Source: an archaeon
GTDB taxonomy: Archaea; EX4484-52; B79-G9
DNA length: 16,880 nucleotides
Reading direction: 5' to 3'
Assembly: GCA_043813875.1 (NCBI GenBank)
Contig: JBDRKP010000086.1
Coordinates: forward strand, 1-16,880
Below the pieces are notes generated by a model. That model did no database searches, was not told where the DNA came from, and saw nothing but the letters and a program-made list of their open reading frames with translations. Made by a program: the position numbers and the translations under genes. This document shows positions 8,080-15,468 of this stretch, piece after piece (positions within the stretch are counted from its first letter, which is position 1; the number at the start of each line of letters is the position of its first letter).

Positions 8080-8439
8080 ATGAGAAAAACATATAAGTTT
8101 AGCCATTCTGTATGCCAGGGAGGATATGTTTATGCGCATAAAACCGCGGATGAACAAATTCTTGAGAATAAAGATGGATTGATAAATGCCTTACATGCTA
8201 TTGGTGAGGAATTTAAACTAATTGATCTTACAATAAAGATATATGATACCATCTTTTTCTTCTTTTTTATGACAAGACCTACAGTAGTACCTTTAAAATT
8301 AATTGAGGCGATTCAAAAAAACATATCTGCATTTGGGAATTGGGATCAAGAATATCTCTATAATGAGGTCTATGATCTTCAGGAAGAGTATCTTAGGAAA
8401 GATCTGGATAAATGGGGCTATGATTATGATGAGGGGTAA
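8080..8439 (+). CDS. Hypothetical protein with degenerate IS200/IS605 TnpA (Y1 HUH) fold; catalytic residues absent
   Basis: SHSV..Y near the N-terminus; P67 followed by a helix ending K-x-x-S; W88-xxx-Y92...EEYLRKDL in register with the Y1 consensus WsxsYf...eetirkYI. The HUH position reads DTIFF and the catalytic Tyr position is D108. Manual alignment only. Confidence 0.6.
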   Translation: MRKTYKFSHSVCQGGYVYAHKTADEQILENKDGLINALHAIGEEFKLIDLTIKIYDTIFFFFFMTRPTVVPLKLIEAIQKNISAFGNWDQEYLYNEVYDLQEEYLRKDLDKWGYDYDEG

Positions 8440-8441
8440 AT

Positions 8442-8837
8442 ATGAAATGCAAATTCTGCGGCAATAAATCCGTCAAGGATGTTTGCACGAATTGTGCCTA
8501 TTTATTGAAGGAGGGTTCTAATGAAGAGTCACTTCGCAGGATGTATAGTGACCGTAAAACAATTGAAATATGGAAGAAGAATGAAATGATTGCAAAGGAG
8601 CTTGGAGATGCTTATTATGAATCAGTCATCCGAAATTATAAGAGGGATCAGCTTAAAAATGATTCACGATTAAATTTTGGATACAATACGTTTATAGACG
8701 GAATAAGGACGGGATTAGACATTCTTATGCCTCTTTTGGATGATAAGATGCGGGAGATGGTTAAAGAAAAAATGAAGGATATGATCAATACAAGGTCAAA
8801 TATCAACAGGGTGATGAAATCACATGCTGAAGATTAA
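8442..8837 (+). CDS. Hypothetical protein with N-terminal zinc finger
   Basis: CKFC-x8-CTNC. Starts 2 nt after the previous stop, preceded by SD-like GAGGGGT. Confidence 0.75.
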   Translation: MKCKFCGNKSVKDVCTNCAYLLKEGSNEESLRRMYSDRKTIEIWKKNEMIAKELGDAYYESVIRNYKRDQLKNDSRLNFGYNTFIDGIRTGLDILMPLLDDKMREMVKEKMKDMINTRSNINRVMKSHAED

Positions 8838-10266
8838 TGATGTTTACGAGGACAGAATTGTAGAAAGAGGCGAAGATTATGTCTCAAATGTTAACTACTG
8901 TATAAAGATCGATGATTTCTTATATGCGGAAGTTGAAGGGAGTTTTACATACAAAACAAGGGTTAATGTCCAAACACTTGCAGGGGATTGCTCATGCCCT
9001 TACGGCACGAACTGCAAACATGCTGCTGCTGCTTATCTTGTCTACAAGAAAGGAAATTATGTTGATGGCTGTCGTTTTATTGAATATCTTAAATCGCTTT
9101 CAAAAGAAGACCTGATGAAAATAATTGTAGATAATTTGCACAATAACCCGGAGATTGCGCTTGATTATCACCTAAAAAAATCAACTGATTCTGAGGCTTT
9201 TGTTAACGGGCTTATTTCCGACATATCTTATTCAAAAGTGAAGAAAGCAGAGAGGATACTTGAGTGCTTTAGTTTTGAGCATCTTGTAAAAATGATTGTT
9301 TTTCTGAGTGAAAATGAAGGGAATCTATATGATAAAGTGTATTCGGATTGTTATGAAGATGAGAATATATTGTATGATTTCGAATGCAGGCTGGAAGAAG
9401 AACTTGTAAAAAGAATAAAAACTGAAGAGGAGCTGAGAACGGCCATTGAAATTGAGGCAGGGAACAGGATAATAGATAATGCCGAGAGTTTTGTTAAATT
9501 CAAGGATGCGATAAAATCCTTTTTGCCAAAAGATGAATATCTCTGTTTTCTTTTAAATCTGAAGAATCCTGACTTAAATGAGATTAAGAAAAACCTGAGT
9601 AATGAGAACCGGGCAGAACTTCTGCGTCTTGCAAGAGACAATATCGAACTTGCCGAGAGAATCGCTGTATATGCAAATGATGAAAAACTTCTTTTTTTGG
9701 TTGCAGTTTACAAAGGCGATCATGAGAAGATAATTGAATATTTCTGTGAGTTTGAGAGTATAATGGATATGAACATAGAAAAATTCGTACTTGAAAACAG
9801 GCTTACTGATATTGTTGATGTTTTTATGAAGAATCATTTTAAGGATGAAAATATTATTAAAAAACTCTTGAGACGCGATATTATTGGCAAATATAACAGG
9901 AAACAATTGAATTATCTTTTGGAGCAAACGGATGATTATGATTTCATCAAAAAGATGGTTGATTTTGATGAGAGATTTTCTTTTAATGCTCCTATTCTTG
10001 AAAGAATGAATGAACTGGATAAGGAAAATACAGAAATGATGATTAAGAGAAGGAAAGATCTTCTTGTGGCAAGGGACTGGGAGGATGTTGTTGAGATTCT
10101 GAATTTCCTGAAGGAGAAATACGGGAATGGGTATGTCAAAGGTCTTATTGAAGATAATGAGAGCCTGTTTAGGACTTCTTCGCATTTGAAATGCCATCTT
10201 AAGGATGTGGGGATTTTTGTCAGCTATAGAAATGGAGAACTTGATGTCAAGATCAAAGGAGGTTGA
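8824..10266 (+). CDS. SWIM zinc-finger family protein with long helical C-terminal region
   Basis: ERGEDY...AEVEGS..Y...GDCSCPYGTNCKHAAA (CxC..CxH). Overlaps the previous gene by 14 nt, with GGTGA upstream. Confidence 0.85.
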   Translation: MLKINDVYEDRIVERGEDYVSNVNYCIKIDDFLYAEVEGSFTYKTRVNVQTLAGDCSCPYGTNCKHAAAAYLVYKKGNYVDGCRFIEYLKSLSKEDLMKIIVDNLHNNPEIALDYHLKKSTDSEAFVNGLISDISYSKVKKAERILECFSFEHLVKMIVFLSENEGNLYDKVYSDCYEDENILYDFECRLEEELVKRIKTEEELRTAIEIEAGNRIIDNAESFVKFKDAIKSFLPKDEYLCFLLNLKNPDLNEIKKNLSNENRAELLRLARDNIELAERIAVYANDEKLLFLVAVYKGDHEKIIEYFCEFESIMDMNIEKFVLENRLTDIVDVFMKNHFKDENIIKKLLRRDIIGKYNRKQLNYLLEQTDDYDFIKKMVDFDERFSFNAPILERMNELDKENTEMMIKRRKDLLVARDWEDVVEILNFLKEKYGNGYVKGLIEDNESLFRTSSHLKCHLKDVGIFVSYRNGELDVKIKGG

Positions 10267-10270
10267 TTTT

Positions 10271-10816
10271 ATGGGAAGTGTGCTACAATTGAAGATTGGG
10301 CTCGATGGGGCAAAGCCGCCTATATGGAGGCGGTTTCTGGTGGAGGATAGTATCAGTTTCCATAAACTGCATGAGATTATACAGATTGTGATGGGATGGG
10401 AAAATTACCATCTGTATATGTTTAATGTGAGCGGAACGGAGATTGGTGAGCCTGATCCTGATTATGAAAGGGAAATTAAAGATTCGAAAAGGGTTAAATT
10501 GAATAAGATGATTACAGGTGAGAAGCAGAAGTTCTCGTATGAGTATGATTTCGGTGATAGCTGGATACATGCTGTTGTTGTTGAAAAAGTTATGGTGAAT
10601 GATGATTCACGGAAATTACCTGTTTGTATTGATGGCAAGATGGCGTGCCCTCCGGAAGACTGTGGCGGCATGTGGGGATATGAAAATCTTCTTGAGATTC
10701 GAAAGGATAAGAACCATCCGGATTATGAGGATATGATTGTTAACTGGCTTGGAGAAGATTTTGATTCTGAGGAGTTTGATGTTGAAGAAGTTAATGAGGA
10801 ACTCAGGGATATGTGA
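10271..10816 (+). CDS. Plasmid pRiA4b ORF-3 family (MM3350-like) protein
   Basis: KPPIWRRF, LHEIIQIVMGWENYHLY, YEYDFGDSW, CPPEDCGG. Start reassigned to ATG 10271, after GGAGG (10258-10262) and 4 nt downstream of the SWIM stop. Confidence 0.92.
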   Translation: MGSVLQLKIGLDGAKPPIWRRFLVEDSISFHKLHEIIQIVMGWENYHLYMFNVSGTEIGEPDPDYEREIKDSKRVKLNKMITGEKQKFSYEYDFGDSWIHAVVVEKVMVNDDSRKLPVCIDGKMACPPEDCGGMWGYENLLEIRKDKNHPDYEDMIVNWLGEDFDSEEFDVEEVNEELRDM

Positions 10817-11318
10817 TTATGTCTTTTCCGGCCTTGCTTGGCCGGAGGCTTATTTTCGGGTTTTTGAAGTCGATGTTCAGTTCTTTTCCCTGGTGGTATT
10901 CGTGCATGAGGATCGCCAAGGCCGCGACTTCGGAGTGGGGCTGGCTGCCGACGGCTATGTTGTAGTCGACCATGTGATAGATGTCTCCAGGAACTTTTTC
11001 GCTGCCGACGATTATCAGGAGGTCTTTTGCTGCCCTTATCTCTTTTATCTTTTCCTGAATGGGAAGGCCGTACATCGTCAGGTGGAGCTTTTTGCCTTTG
11101 AATTCGCTGATCACTTTCCTGAAGTTTTTTTCGTATACTATCTCAAAGCTGCCGCCCCATCGGGATGCTATGTCTGTTACGGATTCAAGTATCTTCTCGT
11201 CTTTTTCGCCGGACAGGATGACTTTTTTTGCGCCGAGTGCTCTTGCTGTCAGGGCGACGTGGGTTGTCAGGCGCTGGTCGCGGTAATGGCGGTGGCCTAA
11301 CCTTAATATTGTTATCAT
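10803..11318 (-). CDS. trm56: tRNA (cytidine(56)-2'-O)-methyltransferase aTrm56
   Basis: LRLGHR..RDQRLTTHVALTARALGA, RWGG, HLTMYG, IVGSEKVP, NIAVGSQPHSEVAALA. Start reassigned to MITILRL (11318), with TTTTTAAT 23 nt upstream. 14-nt convergent overlap with the pRiA4b gene. Confidence 0.96.
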   Translation of the reverse strand: MITILRLGHRHYRDQRLTTHVALTARALGAKKVILSGEKDEKILESVTDIASRWGGSFEIVYEKNFRKVISEFKGKKLHLTMYGLPIQEKIKEIRAAKDLLIIVGSEKVPGDIYHMVDYNIAVGSQPHSEVAALAILMHEYHQGKELNIDFKNPKISLRPSKAGKDIITYP

Positions 11319-11428
11319 GATGTGAATTTTAGGAGGAATCATTAAAAAGGTGAGGGATTGGGAGAAAAGTAAAGGTTTAAAATGTTATTAGCACGATACA
11401 GTGAATACTATTTGTGTGAGTTGAGATT

Positions 11429-12082
11429 GTGGAGTTATATCATCTATGGTTCATGGACGCGGTTCCTAGAGAGAACGCTATCCCGATTAATGATGAAATT
11501 GGTCCTCTTCTGGATGAGATTAGCCATTACACCAATAAAGAAAGCGCAAAATATCCCAATAAAAGGACCATAATCTTCTATACTAATGAAGAGAGGGACG
11601 TTCTCAAAGATATTGATAAGATCTATAACGAATTAGTCCAAGTCCACTCACTTGAAGATGAAAAAATAGTATATCTGAGTTCTGGCAATCTAACAGAGGC
11701 AGATATTAATACAATTGTCAATAATCTGTCTACGATTGGGTTTTCACCCAATGCTAAACAAAAACCCAGATCAGCATATATACCTAAAGAAGGCTCAACA
11801 TTAAAAGAGAATTTAGAAGCTTACATATATCACAAATATGTCTCAGAAGACGGAGAAACCATCCCGTTTTCGTCTAAAGAGATTAAAGAGGCTTATGAAA
11901 ATGAAGTGGAAAAAGTGATATTATCGACTGCATCTACTTATCTTGCGAGAATGTGGCGCGAGGATCTTCTTGAACGGAAGGGCAATCACAATAATAGGGA
12001 ATATAAGGTCTTTTTGGATAACTGGGATGAAAATGGAATTCCAAAAGGCAAGAAAGAGCGGATAACCTTACAAGATGTCTAA
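11429..12082 (+). CDS. Hypothetical protein with C-terminal winged helix-turn-helix (putative transcription regulator)
   Basis: FSSKEIKEAYE...LSTASTYLARMWREDLLERKG....EYKV has a wHTH pattern (recognition helix plus wing). GTG start; TTTAAAA upstream at 11376-11382. Exact start uncertain. Confidence 0.65.
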   Translation: MELYHLWFMDAVPRENAIPINDEIGPLLDEISHYTNKESAKYPNKRTIIFYTNEERDVLKDIDKIYNELVQVHSLEDEKIVYLSSGNLTEADINTIVNNLSTIGFSPNAKQKPRSAYIPKEGSTLKENLEAYIYHKYVSEDGETIPFSSKEIKEAYENEVEKVILSTASTYLARMWREDLLERKGNHNNREYKVFLDNWDENGIPKGKKERITLQDV

Positions 12083-12103
12083 AATCTCTGCCAAAAAGAG
12101 ATT
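12083..12103. terminator. Hairpin between convergent genes
   Basis: AATCTCT (12083-12089) and AGAGATT (12097-12103) with a 7-nt loop. Confidence 0.4.
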
Positions 12104-12112
12104 ATTTTGATC

Positions 12113-12814
12113 TTATTTTTTGTCCAGTATCTCCTTGATTCTTGTCACAATGTCGTCTTTTTCGTGGAAGATGGGCCAGCTGTTTTTTTCGGCTATGTCT
12201 TTTAAGTGACTGTTCGGGTTCAAGGCAATGGGATGTCCTGCCAGGGCGAGGTATTCTATGTCTGCATCGGAGTCGCCGAAGGCGAATGAGTTTTTCAGGT
12301 CGATGTTGAGCTTTTTTGCGATTGATAATTGAGCTTTCTGCTTTGAGTTCTTCACGAGGAGATTTGTCTTTATTTTTCCAGTGTAGATGCCGTTTTTTGT
12401 CTCAAGGACTGTCCCGAAAACGTGAGCGAAAGGGATGTACTTTTTTAAGGCCTCTACCTGCTCGATTGGGGATGCGCTTATGGCTATCAGAACTGTGTCC
12501 TTTTTCAGGATATCTATCAGTTCATCTGTGTATGCGTATTTCTTTTTTATGTGCCCTTCCATGAAGTCTTTGGATTTCTTTTCTATCAGTGATCTCTTTT
12601 TGCCTTTCAGGGCCTCTGCGTAATTTCGGAGTATCCTTTTTCCTGCCTCGCGGTAGGGGATGAAGTTTATCTCGTATTCCATGATGATTTTGAGTATGTT
12701 GATGAGGTATTTATCTTCGAAGAGGCCCTCTTTGTGAAGGTAGCGGGGAAAGTCGAAGATCATCTGGCTCCTTATCAGGGTGCCGTCGATGTCGAAGAAG
12801 GATGCGCGTCTCAT
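12113..12814 (-). CDS. HAD-IB family hydrolase (SerB-like), copy 1
   Basis: FFDIDGTL (motif I), ISASP (II), NSK (III), FGDSDAD (IV), ALNP. TATAAATA 23 nt upstream (12837-12844). Confidence 0.9.
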   Translation of the reverse strand: MRRASFFDIDGTLIRSQMIFDFPRYLHKEGLFEDKYLINILKIIMEYEINFIPYREAGKRILRNYAEALKGKKRSLIEKKSKDFMEGHIKKKYAYTDELIDILKKDTVLIAISASPIEQVEALKKYIPFAHVFGTVLETKNGIYTGKIKTNLLVKNSKQKAQLSIAKKLNIDLKNSFAFGDSDADIEYLALAGHPIALNPNSHLKDIAEKNSWPIFHEKDDIVTRIKEILDKK

Positions 12815-12868
12815 GAGAATATGTTGTCTGTTTTGATATTTATATTTGTGGCAGATGCATGATTTAAC

Positions 12869-13528
12869 TTATTTTATTATTTCGTCTATTTTTGGTATCA
12901 GTTCGCAGAGGCTTTCTACCATGATGCCGGGGGAGAGTGCGGATAGCTGCTCTTTTGTGGCCTTTCCTGTGGTCACGGCGATCGATAACATGCCTGCGCG
13001 CTTCGCTGCCTCGATGCCGTGGAGGGAGTCTTCTAACACTGCGCATTGTTCAGGAGGCGTTTTTAATTGTTCTCTGGCTTTCTGGAAGATTTCAGGGTCG
13101 GGTTTTGAGTTTATTACGTCTGTGCCGGTGACTGAGGCGTCTAATATGTCCCTTATATTCAGCTTGTCTATCGCAATCTCGGTCGCCGAGCGCTGGCCGG
13201 AGCTTGCGATCGCGATTTTCATGCCTTTGCTTTTGAGTGTTTTTATGAGCCTGGCTGCGCAGGGAAGGATTCTTATGTGGTCGTGGGCGATTTTTAGGTA
13301 GTGGTTGCGCTTGAGTTCTGCCATCTTCCTGATATCAGAGTCGACGGTCTCTTTATTCAGCATCTTTCGCAGGATCTCTGTGTCCACCTGACCGTAAAAA
13401 GGGGCGAGCATGCCTTTTCTGTAGATCCGGCCAACAGATTCGAATGCGTATTCAAATGCAGCTTCATAAGCCGGAAAGGCATCGATTAGAGTTCCGTCAA
13501 GGTCGAATATGAAGGCTTTTATTGTCAT
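12869..13528 (-). CDS. HAD-IA family phosphatase (beta-phosphoglucomutase/CbbY-like)
   Basis: IFDLDGTLID, IASS, SKPDPEIF, VLEDSLHGIEAAKRAGM. Confidence 0.92.
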   Translation of the reverse strand: MTIKAFIFDLDGTLIDAFPAYEAAFEYAFESVGRIYRKGMLAPFYGQVDTEILRKMLNKETVDSDIRKMAELKRNHYLKIAHDHIRILPCAARLIKTLKSKGMKIAIASSGQRSATEIAIDKLNIRDILDASVTGTDVINSKPDPEIFQKAREQLKTPPEQCAVLEDSLHGIEAAKRAGMLSIAVTTGKATKEQLSALSPGIMVESLCELIPKIDEIIK

Positions 13529-13746
13529 TTGCTCACTTTTTAGTGATTTTCCGGATTTGTTATACTGTTATCAGCATTGGACGTATCAAAATGTTTTCTT
13601 TTAAGGTTTTTCAGTCTGGCATCCGCGGGGGGTTGCTGCACATATTTACTAAATCCGGACAGATATTTAAGTGTGTGTTTTGGGGAGTGGCTGTTTTTTA
13701 TGTAGATAGTGATGCAGCTTGCTGTTAAATTGATGAATCAGGCGGC

Positions 13747-14511
13747 TCATATCATTATTTTTACGAGGAAGGGCGCAACAGATGAGAAGAGCCAGTAGTT
13801 GAATACGAGAGTGGTTGAGATATAGGTAATTTGATTTGCGATGCATATCTGGTAAGTTAATGAGATCATGATAAAGCGCGCAATAATGTATACTGCGACA
13901 CAGATCATTCCTGTTAACAGCAGGGATGCCTGTGGGATTATTGCAAGGGACATTATAATCCAGACAGGTATAAAGCCGTAAATCGGTGTGAAGTAATATT
14001 CTACTCTTTCAATCTGCCGGAAAAATGAGCCGATGAGTGATGAGATTATTCCTGTAAGCATTCCAAGGGTCGGAGTGTATGCGATTGATACAATTATTGC
14101 AAAAAACAGGCAAAAATCCAGGCCGATTATCAGGGGGAAGTATTTTTGCGTGACCCGCGATATTGCGCCAACCAGTATGAAGAGCAGTATGAAGAACTGG
14201 TGCCTGAAGAATATGAATGAGACGGATGTTGTAAGAAGGAAGAAGAACAATAGTTTTGTGCGCGTGCTTTTTTGCATGATACGGGCGAGATTTTTTATTC
14301 CGGTCATATCCAGTGGAGAAGAGTTTGGCTTGCGATGCGATTTTCTGATTTTGTGCATCATGTGTTTCGCATAGTCTTTATGTGTCTTTTTTGGCCGGTC
14401 TGAATAAATCAATGGATTGTTGTAGTTTATCTGTGCATTTCCTTTTGATGATGGGGATTTTTTGTTAAGGATCAGGTCGTCTACAAGAAAATTTAACATC
14501 TTTGAAAACAT
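13747..14511 (-). CDS. Membrane protein with basic soluble N-terminus and an ECF S-component-like TM domain
   Basis: About 6 TM segments. PLIIGLDFCLFFAIIVSIAYTPTLGMLTGIISSLI resembles the helix 2-3 pattern of ECF S-components. Start probably at 14511 or 14499 (overlapping the rSAM stop), not 14586. Confidence 0.65.
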   Translation of the reverse strand: MFSKMLNFLVDDLILNKKSPSSKGNAQINYNNPLIYSDRPKKTHKDYAKHMMHKIRKSHRKPNSSPLDMTGIKNLARIMQKSTRTKLLFFFLLTTSVSFIFFRHQFFILLFILVGAISRVTQKYFPLIIGLDFCLFFAIIVSIAYTPTLGMLTGIISSLIGSFFRQIERVEYYFTPIYGFIPVWIIMSLAIIPQASLLLTGMICVAVYIIARFIMISLTYQICIANQITYISTTLVFNYWLFSSVAPFLVKIMI

Positions 14512-15317
14512 GTGATTCCTCGTTCCTGAAATTCTTTTACTTTTGGGATTATGGTGCCCCAGGGGTCTTTTAAGATGTTGCCGCATAGTGCATCAGGCAT
14601 GAAGGCGCAGGGGGTCACAGTACCGTCCGGGCTTACAGAGATTGTTTTTGTGCCGGCTGAGCAGCAGTTTTTGCAGTCAAAGACTGAGATTTTTATGTTC
14701 TTTTCGGTCGCCAAGAGGCGATCCAGTGTTTTTTTGACTGACTGCTGTTGTTCTTTTGTAAGCTGAAGATTCGAGGATTTTGAGCGGCCCTGCGGCTTTA
14801 ATGTCTCGATTATCCAGCGGTTGATGTTGTTTTCTTTCAGGTAATTGTAGATAGATGTGATGTGTTTGTGATTTATATTGGTCAGTGTTGTTGATATGCC
14901 AACAGGTATCCTGCTGCCCAGACAGTTTGAGATCCCTTTTTGCGCTCGTTGGTATGTGTTTTTCCCGCGAAGAATGTCGTGGATATCCTGTGGGCCGTCA
15001 AGGCTTATCATCAGGTTTGTGAGTTCGATTTTTGATAGCCTTTTTGCCATGATTTTGCTGATCAATGTACCATTGGAGACAATGCCTGTCTTTGTTCTTT
15101 TTGCGGAATATGACAGTATCTCGCAGATGTCGTGTCTTGTGAACGGCTCCCCGCCAGAGATTGTTATGTGTGTGATTTTGTTGCTTAAGAGCCGGTCTAT
15201 AATTGATTTTATTTTGGCTGTTGAAAGGTCTTTTGCCTGTTTATCGCGGGATGATCCGGAATAACAATAGAGGCATCTGAGGTTGCAGTTTGATGTGATG
15301 CGAAGTGTTGAGAACAT
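14493..15317 (-). CDS. Radical SAM protein with truncated SPASM (Twitch-type) domain
   Basis: TSNCNLRCLYC (CxxxCxxC), SGGEP, SNGT, ISLDG..HDILRG. C-terminal CKNCCSAG...SPDGTVTPC...CGNI...TCFQRC. Only 274 aa. Confidence 0.9.
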   Translation of the reverse strand: MFSTLRITSNCNLRCLYCYSGSSRDKQAKDLSTAKIKSIIDRLLSNKITHITISGGEPFTRHDICEILSYSAKRTKTGIVSNGTLISKIMAKRLSKIELTNLMISLDGPQDIHDILRGKNTYQRAQKGISNCLGSRIPVGISTTLTNINHKHITSIYNYLKENNINRWIIETLKPQGRSKSSNLQLTKEQQQSVKKTLDRLLATEKNIKISVFDCKNCCSAGTKTISVSPDGTVTPCAFMPDALCGNILKDPWGTIIPKVKEFQERGITCFQRC

Positions 15318-15340
15318 GAAAGTGTGTTTGGATTTGAAAA

Positions 15341-15348
15341 TATATAAA
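15341..15348 (-). promoter_or_regulatory. TATA box of the radical SAM gene (probable leaderless transcript)
   Basis: Minus strand TTTATATA, 24 nt upstream of ATG 15317. Confidence 0.55.
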
Positions 15349-15468
15349 GACCCAAGATTGGGCGCGGGCAGTTATGTTTTTAAAGGTTGCGTGCCTGAAC
15401 TTTTGCGTTTTTTTGCCCTGAATATATCTGAGCGGTAAGATTTTTTGCAAAAAAAGGTATCTTCAAGG

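Noticed and set aside
8055..8441. Active IS200/IS605 element
   Set aside because: No HUH or catalytic Tyr, no tnpB, and no subterminal hairpins seen.
9574..10197. 207-aa minus-strand ORF (and 9351..9641, 9936..10139)
   Set aside because: Antisense to the SWIM gene, with F/I/L-rich shadow composition.
10737..11300. 187-aa plus-strand ORF
   Set aside because: Antisense shadow of the well-supported trm56.
13550..13659. 9-bp inverted repeat TCCGGATTT/AAATCCGGA as MITE ends
   Set aside because: Too short, does not extend, no target-site duplication and no second copy.
13522..13728. 68-aa plus-strand ORF in the HAD-IA/membrane gene gap
   Set aside because: TTG start overlapping the HAD-IA start on the opposite strand, no promoter or SD support, and opposite to all neighbours.
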